Below, piece after piece: positions 28,591 to 38,446 of a stretch of 64,000 nt of DNA. The translations under genes and the position numbers were made by a program. Under the pieces are notes generated by a model that did not search any database, was not told the origin of the DNA, and saw nothing but the letters and a program-made list of their open reading frames with translations. How positions within the stretch are numbered: the stretch's first letter is position 1; the number at the start of each line of letters is the position of its first letter. Source of the stretch: Bacilli bacterium (GTDB taxonomy: Bacteria > Bacillota_I > Bacilli_A > RF39 > UBA660); the NCBI GenBank assembly GCA_017433415.1, contig JAFRHI010000019.1:4327-68326 (forward strand). The letters run 5' to 3'.

Positions 28591-29922
28591 TCACTCCAAA
28601 ATATATGGATCATCAATAGTACCACTACCTTTAACAATCCTCTTACTATCAACTGTTATAACAGGTATAATTCTTTTTATATCCTTAACATCAGCCTCTT
28701 CTAAGAAACCATTAGAACGACCTATATATTGCATTCCACTACTACCTGCTCTTGTATTCATATAAAAATAATCATCCAATGAACCAGTCAAATTATAATC
28801 AAAAATATTAAGTAACCCAACTTTACAAACTGTAAAATTCGTATAAACATTAAAGAAATCATAGTCAGTTTCATCACTAATTTCACCAGTATAATAATAA
28901 TCATCTATAAGTAAATCTTTATAACTTAAACTATTAAGATAAGCTGTATTCAAATAATAAGCAATATTATCCTTATCATTTATATCAAAATAATTATCCC
29001 TATCACTATAATTTCTCAAAAGATCAACATTCTGAACAGCAAACATCTTCAGTAATCCCGAATTATCTTCAAAAACTTTCCAAGTTTCATCCCCAAGTTT
29101 AACATATTGATTAATATAATTCTTCTCTTCTTTTAAACTAATCACATATGGATTATTAGAAGTACCATCACCACTACTAATTTCGACATTTGCTTTCAAA
29201 GTTAATACAGCTCTTATACCATATCCATCTATATTATCAATGTTCTGAAGGACACCATCTTCATCAATATATAAGTTTGCATCTTCCTCATTATGGCCCA
29301 ACAAATAATATACTTTACCATTATTAAAATAACTTTCTTTTCCACCCGCTAACGTATAATCATATATAGTAGGAATAGTAATAAAATCTTTCTCCTTTTT
29401 TTCACCACGTTTTATTTCTTTTTCTTTTAAAGTATCTTCACTCCAAGTGGTTTTACTTATAAACTTACTTGGTAAAGTTTTATAATAAATACCTGAAAGA
29501 TTATTATCTGTTTTTGTCAACCATCCTCTTAAATTAGAATCTTTATAATTATTTTTATTTCCCCACATAAAAGAAGCAACATTATCTTCACTTACAATCT
29601 TAATTGTATTGTTTTCATTAACTCTTATAACTCTAAAAAGCCTATTCGCAAACAATACATAATTGTTTTCAACTTTACCTTTAAAATAAAAACCCTCTTC
29701 GTCATGATGAAGACCATCACCATCAGTAACAACTTCATAAGAAGTAATAAATCCATTCAAAGTATTAGCTTCTTCTTTTATCTTCATATTTTGCTTACTA
29801 TAATAGTATAAACTTCTATAACCGAAATAAACACCAACAGCTATAACAAGTACTAAACTTATAAAATTAAAGATAAACTCACCTTTTGAAAATTGATGTC
29901 TCTTTTTCCTTTTTTTTGCCAT
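28591..29922 (-). CDS. membrane-anchored extracellular protein, unknown function
   Basis: N-terminal TM. Two GxGTxxxPY(V/I) motifs (SGDGTSNNPYVI, GSGTIDDPYIL). Confidence 0.5.
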   Translation of the reverse strand: MAKKRKKRHQFSKGEFIFNFISLVLVIAVGVYFGYRSLYYYSKQNMKIKEEANTLNGFITSYEVVTDGDGLHHDEEGFYFKGKVENNYVLFANRLFRVIRVNENNTIKIVSEDNVASFMWGNKNNYKDSNLRGWLTKTDNNLSGIYYKTLPSKFISKTTWSEDTLKEKEIKRGEKKEKDFITIPTIYDYTLAGGKESYFNNGKVYYLLGHNEEDANLYIDEDGVLQNIDNIDGYGIRAVLTLKANVEISSGDGTSNNPYVISLKEEKNYINQYVKLGDETWKVFEDNSGLLKMFAVQNVDLLRNYSDRDNYFDINDKDNIAYYLNTAYLNSLSYKDLLIDDYYYTGEISDETDYDFFNVYTNFTVCKVGLLNIFDYNLTGSLDDYFYMNTRAGSSGMQYIGRSNGFLEEADVKDIKRIIPVITVDSKRIVKGSGTIDDPYILE

Positions 29923-29978
29923 ACTTCATATTCTCCATCCTATGAAATTATAACAAATTAAAAGCGTAAGTACAACCC

Positions 29979-30962
29979 TTACACTTTACTTTTTATATAA
30001 TTATATATTTTTAAAGTAGTATCTTGATCATAATGCAATCCATCAACTGTTTTATATCCTTTGCTTTTTATATAAACATCTGTATCAATCCAACCAACTT
30101 TATTCGACAGCAAACTTTTTAATGTAGTATTAAAATTATCAATATTTGAATTTAAAGATGCGTAACTACCATCACAAGGAGTAACAGCCGAAAAATAGAT
30201 TTTACTACCATTAGCTGTCCAACTATCAACATTACTATTAATATAATTTGCATATGTTTGGGCAATATTTGTAGTTGAAACATCATTAACTCCTAACATA
30301 ATTACAACTGCTTTTCCACTAGTAAAATATCCTTGAGCAGCCGGAATTCCACTTTGTTTTAACCAATTTATACCTTTTCCACCCTCTGCCACAAAAACAG
30401 TTGAATCAGAAGTATGAACTCCACCACCAGAATAGTTAGCTTGATTGCCCCAATCATTACTCAAATATTCATATGTTTGAACAGCTCTAGAATCACCAAT
30501 TAAAATCATCTCACCACTTCCTGAAGAAGTTTGATTAGAAGTACCACTTTCACTACTTCCATCACTTTTACTTTCACCATTTTGATATTTATTAGGATCA
30601 ATTAGTGGTGAAGTTTTATCTTTATCATGTTTATCAATATATCTATCACTAGCTTTAACAACATCAGAAGCATTATTCCAACAACTACTAAAATTAGTAT
30701 TTTCACCAATCAACCCCATTGTTGCATTAACAATAACCGGCACAAAAAACATAATTAATAATGCTAACACTCTATTAACTATACTTTTCGTTATTTTTTT
30801 ATCATCAGGATTAAATTCACCCTTAATAAAAATAAGAACTAAGCTAATAATACAAAGTATTGGTCCAAATATTTGCAACAAAGTTAATAATGTCTTAACT
30901 ATTGTCAAAAAGCCAGCTAATGCAACATCATCACAAGTAGCAACATCAAGTATAAAAAACAT
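29979..30962 (-). CDS. membrane-anchored SGNH/GDSL hydrolase
   Basis: LIGDSRA (block I), GVND (block III), DGLHY (block V). N-terminal TM helices and a Ser-rich linker. Confidence 0.65.
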   Translation of the reverse strand: MFFILDVATCDDVALAGFLTIVKTLLTLLQIFGPILCIISLVLIFIKGEFNPDDKKITKSIVNRVLALLIMFFVPVIVNATMGLIGENTNFSSCWNNASDVVKASDRYIDKHDKDKTSPLIDPNKYQNGESKSDGSSESGTSNQTSSGSGEMILIGDSRAVQTYEYLSNDWGNQANYSGGGVHTSDSTVFVAEGGKGINWLKQSGIPAAQGYFTSGKAVVIMLGVNDVSTTNIAQTYANYINSNVDSWTANGSKIYFSAVTPCDGSYASLNSNIDNFNTTLKSLLSNKVGWIDTDVYIKSKGYKTVDGLHYDQDTTLKIYNYIKSKV

Positions 30963-31003
30963 TTTATCACCTCGCTAACTAACTCATTATAGCAACAATC
31001 TAA

Positions 31004-32044
31004 TTACTTAACAACCCAAAATGTTGGCATATTTCTTAAACCATGTTCACCACCAGCTACTGGAGTGTTGATTATTTTATTATTAATAACAAGCTCAGAA
31101 GAAGACCCACCATCCAAATTTGCTGCATTATACGCACCATAGTTTTCCATAACATCACATAAATCAATCATATCAGCACCTATACTATTAGCTATTCTAC
31201 CATTAATAACTAAAAATAAAACAATTCCATCTTGTCTTTGACCAATAGCACTACGTGGAGCAATACCCCAACCACCATTTCCTTTTATAAAACTTCTTTT
31301 ACCATTAATTATTAAATATGGGCCAAATTCTATTGCATCTCGATATCCTAAAGAAACTGCTTCATTCTTTGACATTTTACCAAGAATCAATTTATCCTCA
31401 TTATTAAAGCCAATAAATCCTCCAGCCATACCAGCATCATCATAATCACTAACAACTTTACCATGAGAAATCACGGTTCCATGTGGAAGAGCACCATTAC
31501 TATTCCAATCTGGGTCATAATATCCCCCGGCATTCATTGCTATTATTGCATCTTCTCTCTTACTAACAGTAAGTATAGATTCCCCTCGCTTACCTAAATA
31601 AGCAGTTGTAGCAATATGAATCCTAGATGGATCATATATTGCAACTAAAAATCCTTGATAACCATTTCCTGAAATATTAATGACCTTATACAAATCATTT
31701 CCCTCATCTTTTGTAAGTATTTCTTTTTCGTATTGATTTCTATATATCGTAGTTGTATATTTCTTCATCTTTATTAAACTAGAATCAGTAATTTCAGAAA
31801 CTTCTATTATACTATTACTTTCCAAAATCTTTTGAATATAATCATCACTAAAAAACCACTTAGCTAAATACTGATGATTCATAGTAGTCATAGCACTAGT
31901 AATCCAAAAGTTTCTAAAACCCGACCAAGGTCCATAAAAATGAAATAAAAAAGAAGAGAAAAAAACAATATAAGAGCAACAAAGAATAGCAAGAATTTTT
32001 CGTTTTAAAGGCCACTTATATCCTTTCTTTTTTTTCTTCTTCAT
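31004..32044 (-). CDS. phosphodiester glycosidase (DUF2233 / NAGPA-like) family protein, paralogue 2
   Basis: GPYLIINGK...APRSAIGQRQDG...AANLDGGSSS. Confidence 0.65.
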   Translation of the reverse strand: MKKKKKKGYKWPLKRKILAILCCSYIVFFSSFLFHFYGPWSGFRNFWITSAMTTMNHQYLAKWFFSDDYIQKILESNSIIEVSEITDSSLIKMKKYTTTIYRNQYEKEILTKDEGNDLYKVINISGNGYQGFLVAIYDPSRIHIATTAYLGKRGESILTVSKREDAIIAMNAGGYYDPDWNSNGALPHGTVISHGKVVSDYDDAGMAGGFIGFNNEDKLILGKMSKNEAVSLGYRDAIEFGPYLIINGKRSFIKGNGGWGIAPRSAIGQRQDGIVLFLVINGRIANSIGADMIDLCDVMENYGAYNAANLDGGSSSELVINNKIINTPVAGGEHGLRNMPTFWVVK

Positions 32045-32046
32045 AA

Positions 32047-32613
32047 CTAATCCTCTTTACCAGCAAAATCTCCATCACCATCATAATCAATATATTCTTT
32101 TTTACTATTATATTTCTTAAGTAGCAAATTCGGATCAATAGCCTTTTGATACTCATTATATTTTGTTATATTTTTATTATATTCATTAATATCAGCAACA
32201 AAATAATTTATAACTTGTTCATAAATTGTTTTATAATTACTACACTTACTATTAGCACTACTATCTGGATAATATACATCAGTACATAACTTATCTAATT
32301 TTTTAACATTCTTAACCAATTCATCTACTAAGTTTTCATAATTAGATAATTTATTCTTAGTAGCAATATCATCTTGATACATTGTTTCCAAATAAAGATT
32401 ATTAAGCACATTTTCATGCAATTCATCACGAAATTCTTCAAATACAGATGTATTTGCACTAAATACTTCAAATTCATCATTAACCAAATTAATTCTATTA
32501 TATGTTCTTTCCTTATCAGCATGTAATTCATTAACAAAACTAGATACTCCTCCAGAAATTATCATTATAAAACTCATAGTCATTAATATATAAGCTATAT
32601 TCTTAATATTCAT
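32047..32613 (-). CDS. hypothetical membrane-anchored protein
   Basis: N-terminal TM. No recognisable motifs. Confidence 0.5.
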   Translation of the reverse strand: MNIKNIAYILMTMSFIMIISGGVSSFVNELHADKERTYNRINLVNDEFEVFSANTSVFEEFRDELHENVLNNLYLETMYQDDIATKNKLSNYENLVDELVKNVKKLDKLCTDVYYPDSSANSKCSNYKTIYEQVINYFVADINEYNKNITKYNEYQKAIDPNLLLKKYNSKKEYIDYDGDGDFAGKED

Positions 32614-32676
32614 ATCATCACCTAGTATAATTCTATCAAAAATAATTATATTTGTACAGACAAAAGAAAAAGAGAA

Positions 32677-33237
32677 TTACTTCTCTATTACTGCATCAAT
32701 AGCACCACAATAATTAGGAATAACACCATTAATATATTGCAGCATCTTCTCTTTAGAAGAATCTACAACAACATTAGATATTCCTCCAACAATTTCTCCT
32801 TTTCCTTTAGATAAATCTACACCACTAGTTAATTTTACACCATTAAATCCTTTATTACCTTTTAGCTCTTCAAATAATACTCCTGAAAACTCAAAAGTTT
32901 CAATTTTAGTAGATGCATCATAATTACTTTTATAAACAACAAATGATTTAGTTACTGAATATTCCCCACCATTAGGTGGACTAGAAAAATCATCAGAATT
33001 AAAAGCATTAAGGAGTATTACCACACAATTATTATGAGTTGGTCTTTTTATCTTATTTGGTTTCGATTTTGCTAAATATTCTGCCTGAGCTACCATAGTA
33101 CTAGCATCATTAATATATACTTTATTACGACTTCTTTCAATAGTTCTAAGTAATGTAGAAACAGTTAATGATGTAAGTATTCCCAAAATAACAATCGTAG
33201 CCAATAACTCAACAAATGTGAAACCTTTTCTATTCAT
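32677..33237 (-). CDS. prepilin-type N-terminal cleavage/methylation domain protein (pseudopilin-like)
   Basis: MNRKG/FTFVELLATIVILGIL, the class III signal with Glu at +5. Confidence 0.7.
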   Translation of the reverse strand: MNRKGFTFVELLATIVILGILTSLTVSTLLRTIERSRNKVYINDASTMVAQAEYLAKSKPNKIKRPTHNNCVVILLNAFNSDDFSSPPNGGEYSVTKSFVVYKSNYDASTKIETFEFSGVLFEELKGNKGFNGVKLTSGVDLSKGKGEIVGGISNVVVDSSKEKMLQYINGVIPNYCGAIDAVIEK

Positions 33238-34128
33238 TTAATCAACCTCTTTCTTTCTAAAAATAAACAATTTACTAAAAACATAATTAATAATAATTAC
33301 AAAAATATTAGCAATAATCTTAGATACCATTTCATTAGCACTTAATACATCAATTAATAAATACATAATTCCCATATCAAATAGTAACGATACTAACCTA
33401 AATGCTATAAATGAAACACACTCCTTTAAAGACTTTTTAAAGCCACCTTCTTTACTTTCAAAAACAAATAATTTATTAGTAAAAAAAGCGAAGAAAACAG
33501 CTACTAACCAAGCAATTCCATTACTAACATAAACTTCTATTTTTAATAGTCTCAATAACCAAAAAATCACTATATTTATTAAAGTAGTACAGCCCCCAAA
33601 AAATAAATATAACAAACCCTCTTTATACTTATTATACCAAGATACATTATCTGTCTCTTCAATATAATCTTCTACTATCTTAATAAAATTATCAGTATTA
33701 CTTTTAAATTTTTTTGGCTTGAAACTTTTAGCTTTTTCAATCATTTTACCCAATTTATTAAAATCTTTTAATTCTAAAATATAACCTGCATCAGAAAACT
33801 CTTTTACTATTTGCTTTTGATGATCATTAGTATGTTCCTTATATTTTTTTAATCTTGCAGCTGCTATTACTTTTTTATTATTTTTAATCGCTGTAAGAAT
33901 ACTACCAACACCACCATGAGTAATTATCAAATCACTCTTTTCAATACATTTATCAAATTCATCTGCAGGCATCAAATCAAAAATCTTCATATTTTTTGAT
34001 TCATATTCCGTAAGGCCAGCTTGAACTATAACTTCATCCTTAATATTACCATTTTCTATTTCTTTATCAATTGCCTCTAAAAGTCGCTTAAAACTTTTAT
34101 CCTGAGTTCCTAAAGTTACAAAAATCAT
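33238..34128 (-). CDS. Alg13/PssE-like glycosyltransferase C-terminal half fused to a GtrA-like membrane domain
   Basis: MIFVTLGTQ...ITHGGVGS (Alg13/Cps14G type), then four TM helices of GtrA type. ATG overlaps the upstream stop (TAATG). Confidence 0.6.
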   Translation of the reverse strand: MIFVTLGTQDKSFKRLLEAIDKEIENGNIKDEVIVQAGLTEYESKNMKIFDLMPADEFDKCIEKSDLIITHGGVGSILTAIKNNKKVIAAARLKKYKEHTNDHQKQIVKEFSDAGYILELKDFNKLGKMIEKAKSFKPKKFKSNTDNFIKIVEDYIEETDNVSWYNKYKEGLLYLFFGGCTTLINIVIFWLLRLLKIEVYVSNGIAWLVAVFFAFFTNKLFVFESKEGGFKKSLKECVSFIAFRLVSLLFDMGIMYLLIDVLSANEMVSKIIANIFVIIINYVFSKLFIFRKKEVD

Positions 34129-34601
34129 TAGAAAATCCACCCCCCATAAGTTGCATCGGGGTATAGTTTAAGCATACTCTCCCACTGAACAATAAATAAA
34201 TCACTTAAAGGATATAACAATTTACCAGTAATTGTCTTTGTACTAATATTAGCAAAAGTCTCAATATAAATAATTTTAGCCCCAAATATCTTCGCAATAC
34301 AACACATCGGACCAGCTGTATGCACACCAGTAGTTACTACATAATCAGGATGAATTTTAAAAAATAACCATAAGCTTTTAAAACAATTTGCCAATAATTT
34401 AAACGGATATGTAAGTATATGATCTTTAGTACCATAAATCAAAAAATGCACTCTGTCTTTATATTTATCCTTAAGATATAAATTAGATTTAGTCTTCTCA
34501 GTAATCAAACTATAATCATACTTATCAAAAATTTTTACCAATTGCATCAACTCTTTTAAATGCCCACCAGTAGAAGCAATAAATAACACTCTTTTACTCA
34601 T
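34128..34601 (-). CDS. Alg14/PssD-like glycosyltransferase partner subunit
   Basis: VLFIASTGGHLKEL motif. Size and position next to the Alg13-like gene. Confidence 0.6.
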   Translation of the reverse strand: MSKRVLFIASTGGHLKELMQLVKIFDKYDYSLITEKTKSNLYLKDKYKDRVHFLIYGTKDHILTYPFKLLANCFKSLWLFFKIHPDYVVTTGVHTAGPMCCIAKIFGAKIIYIETFANISTKTITGKLLYPLSDLFIVQWESMLKLYPDATYGGWIF

Positions 34602-35742
34602 AAATATCACTCTCTTCAATAAGGGTTAACCATTCTTCACCCACTATATCGCTAGCATATTTTTTTACACTTTCACGCGCTTGCTTGCCTAATTTTATTC
34701 TTTCTTTTTCACTCTTTATTAAATCTTCAATTTTCATAATCATAGCTTCACTATTTCGATTTTTAATAAGATAACCATTATATCCACTATTAATTATTTC
34801 TCTAGCCCCTTCTGCTGAATCATATGCAATACATGGTACCCCATGGCTCATTGCCTCAATTAAAACTATTCCAAAAGACTCTGTTAAAGAAGTCATTAAA
34901 TAAATTGAAGAATTATGTAACAAATTATCAATATAATCTTTTCCCCTAAACCCATGAAGTTTAACACAGTCATCCAAATTATTTTTAGAAATATATTTTT
35001 CAAGTTTTTCTCTTTCTACCCCATCACCAACTATATCTAGTGTCCAATCAGGATGTTTTTTATGAAAAATATTATAAATCTTTAATAAATCTATATATCC
35101 TTTTTCAGGAGACAACCTACCAACAGATATTAGTTTTTTATTTTTTAATTCTGCACGTTTCTCAGGCATCTTATCAATAGAATTAGGAATATAAACACAC
35201 ATACAACTACTATTCCGTAATTGTTCAGCATAAAATTTTTGTAATTCAGAAGAAACTAAAACCAAATAATCTAAGTTTCTAGCACTTCTAGAAACATTAT
35301 TAGCATATTTAAGATTTTCATGAAAATGATTATGTTCCCAACCAATTTTTATAACTCCATCATGACCATAACCACTTAACCAGTAATTAAATAAATCTCT
35401 AGTTGAAATAATAACATCACTATCACAGTTTTGAATATAATTAATCATTTTCTTTCTTCTATAATATAAAACCTTAATAGAATATAAAGCTTCTTTCATA
35501 ACCCTATACACATTTTTACTACTAATTGCACTTTTAAAAGAATTACGATTTGGTTTCAAATCAGTATTAAGATACTTTACTTTAACCTTCTTATTCAAGT
35601 CATAAACACAATCATCATATAATTTATAAACACTAGCAATTTCAACCTCATAATTTAATGCCAAAGTGTTAGCCAAAGTTGCAATAGATTTTTCAATACC
35701 ACCATATCCCAAATGTAAAGCCAAAATTGAAATCTTTTTCAT
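34594..35742 (-). CDS. GT4-family glycosyltransferase
   Basis: ESFGIVLIEAMSHGVPCIA (EX7E motif), GYGGIEK N-terminus. Confidence 0.8.
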   Translation of the reverse strand: MKKISILALHLGYGGIEKSIATLANTLALNYEVEIASVYKLYDDCVYDLNKKVKVKYLNTDLKPNRNSFKSAISSKNVYRVMKEALYSIKVLYYRRKKMINYIQNCDSDVIISTRDLFNYWLSGYGHDGVIKIGWEHNHFHENLKYANNVSRSARNLDYLVLVSSELQKFYAEQLRNSSCMCVYIPNSIDKMPEKRAELKNKKLISVGRLSPEKGYIDLLKIYNIFHKKHPDWTLDIVGDGVEREKLEKYISKNNLDDCVKLHGFRGKDYIDNLLHNSSIYLMTSLTESFGIVLIEAMSHGVPCIAYDSAEGAREIINSGYNGYLIKNRNSEAMIMKIEDLIKSEKERIKLGKQARESVKKYASDIVGEEWLTLIEESDIYE

Positions 35743-35826
35743 AAGATCACCTTAATTTAATTATAACACCAAAATAAATCAGGACAAAGAAAAAAAGCAT
35801 TTAATGCTTTTAACTTTTAATCTAAA

Positions 35827-36768
35827 TTATTGAACATTAGGTGTAACAGGTACAGTAGGTTGTTGTGGAGCAACTGGTGTTACTTGTACCGGACTAACTG
35901 GAGCTACTTGTGGAACAACTGGTGTTGGTTCTACTACAGGTGGTACTGCCCCAACAACTGGTGTAACAACAGGTTCTACAACCGGTGGAGTAACAGCTGG
36001 TGTTTCAACCTTTGGCATTGGTTGAGTATTAAACAATGGATCTGCCCCACCATATATTTGATGATTATTATTATCTTGATTCAAATTAATATCTGTAACT
36101 GCAGGATTAGCACCACCATAAATTACTGGTGCTGGCTCAACTACAGGAGCTGGCTCAACAACTGGTGTAATTGGTGCTGGTTCAGCAACTGGTGTAACTA
36201 CCACTGGTTCTGGTTGAACGATTGGTGTTGGTTCAACAGCAACTGGTGTAACAGGTGCTGGTTCAACTGCAGGAGTAACTGGTGCTACAGGTGTTGGTTC
36301 AACAACTGGACTAGTTTCTACTGGAGCAATTGGTGTAACTGCCACTGGCTCAACTACAGGTGCCACTGGTTCTGGTTGAACAGGTGTTACCTCAACTGGC
36401 TCTGGTTGAACTACTGGTGTTGGTTCAACAACTGGTGTAACTGCCACAGGTTCTGGTTGAACAGGTGTAACAGCAACCGGTTCTGGCTGAACTACTGGTG
36501 ATACCATTACTGGATCCGTAGGTGCTGCTCCAGCATTAGGATCAACCATAACTGGTTGGTCTGCTGGTTGTACAGTACCCATTTCTGGTGCAGCCATTGT
36601 TGGTGCACTATCTGCTGACTGCTCAGCTTCTTCTAAAGCCTTCTTCTCCTTCTTTGATTTTTTGTTACTAACTAATAAAAGAATTAGCGCTATTACTAAT
36701 AAAACAACTCCCCCAGTAATAAATAATCCTGGTATGGTTGTAAACCACGATATATCAAAGTTTTTCAT
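35827..36768 (-). CDS. membrane-anchored Pro/Val/Thr/Glu-rich repeat protein
   Basis: The ATG at 36768 follows AAGGGAG. One TM, then about 240 aa of (V/T)P(V/E)xPxPV repeats, interrupted by two IYGGA(N/D)P motifs. Confidence 0.7.
   Translation of the reverse strand: MKNFDISWFTTIPGLFITGGVVLLVIALILLLVSNKKSKKEKKALEEAEQSADSAPTMAAPEMGTVQPADQPVMVDPNAGAAPTDPVMVSPVVQPEPVAVTPVQPEPVAVTPVVEPTPVVQPEPVEVTPVQPEPVAPVVEPVAVTPIAPVETSPVVEPTPVAPVTPAVEPAPVTPVAVEPTPIVQPEPVVVTPVAEPAPITPVVEPAPVVEPAPVIYGGANPAVTDINLNQDNNNHQIYGGADPLFNTQPMPKVETPAVTPPVVEPVVTPVVGAVPPVVEPTPVVPQVAPVSPVQVTPVAPQQPTVPVTPNVQ
35840..36620. repeat. degenerate in-frame tandem coding repeats (Pro-rich), locally GC-enriched
   Basis: Reiterated GGTTCAAC(A/T)ACTGGTGT / CCAGAACC-type units. 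The antisense W/C/N-rich ORF is an artefact of this repeat. Confidence 0.8.
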
Positions 36769-36856
36769 AAAATCTACTCCCTTTATTCTATACTCTATTA
36801 TTATGATAACAAAAAACATTCGCGATTGCAAACATTTTATTTTCTATACATTTTAT

Positions 36857-37516
36857 TTACAGTGTAAATATTGTCCAATAGTCTTTTTTCTCCGGATAAA
36901 CACAAAATGATAAGCATTTTTTTGTAACCGGATGAACAAACTCTAACTTATAAGCAAACAAAGCAATTTGCATATTATCCTGAACACCATATCTTTGATC
37001 ACCTAATAAATAATGCCCCCTACTAGCAAACTGTATCCTTATCTGATGATGCCTACCTGTCTTTAAGTCAATAGATACTAAACTACAATCATTTTCTTTA
37101 TCATAATTCAAAACTTCATATTCCAAAATAGCTTCTTTTCCATTTTCGCTAATAAATGCATTACCATCACTATCTTTTCCAATATTATCAACAAATTTCC
37201 CCTTACTATTCATTTTCCCATGCACAATAGCTAAATATTGTTTTTTTATTTCATGCCTGTTAAAGCTTGCACAAAGTCTAGAAGCTGCCTTACTAGTTTT
37301 AGCAAAAACCATTACACCACCAACTGGTCTATCTAGTCTATGAACAAGTCCCAAATAAACATTACCAGGTTTATTATATTTTTTCTTTAAATAATCTTTA
37401 ACCATATCCATTATTGATATATCTTTCGTACTATCACCTTGACTTAAGACATTATATGGCTTAACTACAACAATAATATGATTATCCTCATATAAAACAT
37501 TTAACTTATTCATCAT
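36857..37516 (-). CDS. RluA-family pseudouridine synthase (no S4 domain)
   Basis: LGLVHRLDRPVGGVMVFAKT and GRHHQIR motifs. Confidence 0.8.
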   Translation of the reverse strand: MMNKLNVLYEDNHIIVVVKPYNVLSQGDSTKDISIMDMVKDYLKKKYNKPGNVYLGLVHRLDRPVGGVMVFAKTSKAASRLCASFNRHEIKKQYLAIVHGKMNSKGKFVDNIGKDSDGNAFISENGKEAILEYEVLNYDKENDCSLVSIDLKTGRHHQIRIQFASRGHYLLGDQRYGVQDNMQIALFAYKLEFVHPVTKKCLSFCVYPEKKDYWTIFTL

Positions 37517-38378
37517 TTTCCCATCTTCCATATATACCACATGGTAATACTAAACCACTATTTTTTATTGGTAAACCGACTTCACCATAACTAATTTTTC
37601 CCTTAAATTTATTATTAATATTTAACTCGAGTAAATTAGAAAGAACTGTAGAAGATAATCCCGTAGTATAAGAATTAATCAAAAAAAACAACGGCTCATC
37701 AGATAAAATTTCTGAACATATCTTAATTAAATAGTTAAGGTTCTTTTCAATATCCCACACTTCACCATTAGCTCCTCTTCCATAACTAGGAGGATCCATA
37801 ACAATCGCATCATACTTGTTACCTCTTCTAATCTCACGTTGTACAAACTTTACAACATCATCTACTAAATATCTAACTGGATAATCTTGAAAGCCACTAC
37901 TCTTAACATTTTCTTTACACCAATCAACCATACCTCGTGAAGAATCTACATGAGTAACTTCTGCACCAGCTGACAAACAAGCAACTGTTGCGCCACCAGT
38001 ATAAGCAAATAAATTTAAAACCTTAATAGTACGTTTAGCATTCTTTATCTTAGAAATCATAAATTCCCAATTAACTGCTTGCTCTGGAAAAAGACCCGTA
38101 TGCTTAAAACCCATTTGCTTTATATTAAAGCATAAGTTATTATACTTAATTTGCCAAGTAGCCGGAATATTATTTATATTTTCCCAACTACCGCCACCTT
38201 TATTGCTCCTATGATAAACTGCATCTATTTTACCATGATATTTTTCCAACAAATCCCCATTATCCCAAATAACTTGTGGATCTGGTCTTAATAAATATAT
38301 ATTGCCCCATCTTTCATATTTTTCTCCTTTAGAAGCATCTAAAAGTTCATAATCAGTCCATTTATCACTAAGTAACAT
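37506..38378 (-). CDS. class I SAM-dependent (rRNA large-subunit type) methyltransferase
   Basis: LNLFAYTGGATVA (motif I), VMDPPSYG (motif IV). Confidence 0.75.
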   Translation of the reverse strand: MLLSDKWTDYELLDASKGEKYERWGNIYLLRPDPQVIWDNGDLLEKYHGKIDAVYHRSNKGGGSWENINNIPATWQIKYNNLCFNIKQMGFKHTGLFPEQAVNWEFMISKIKNAKRTIKVLNLFAYTGGATVACLSAGAEVTHVDSSRGMVDWCKENVKSSGFQDYPVRYLVDDVVKFVQREIRRGNKYDAIVMDPPSYGRGANGEVWDIEKNLNYLIKICSEILSDEPLFFLINSYTTGLSSTVLSNLLELNINNKFKGKISYGEVGLPIKNSGLVLPCGIYGRWENDE

Positions 38379-38446
38379 ATAACCACCTCAATTTCTGCTT
38401 ATTATAACATATATTCACAAAAAAGAAAAAGCCAGTTTCTGGCTTC

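Noticed and set aside
35830-36501. 223-aa plus-strand ORF rich in W/C/N/R
   Set aside because: It is antisense to the Pro-rich repeat gene. Its composition is the mirror image of CCN/GTN codons, and it has no RBS.
35840-36620. Possible CRISPR-like or satellite repeat
   Set aside because: The repeats are degenerate, in frame and translated as Pro/Val/Thr units. They have no unique spacers of fixed length.
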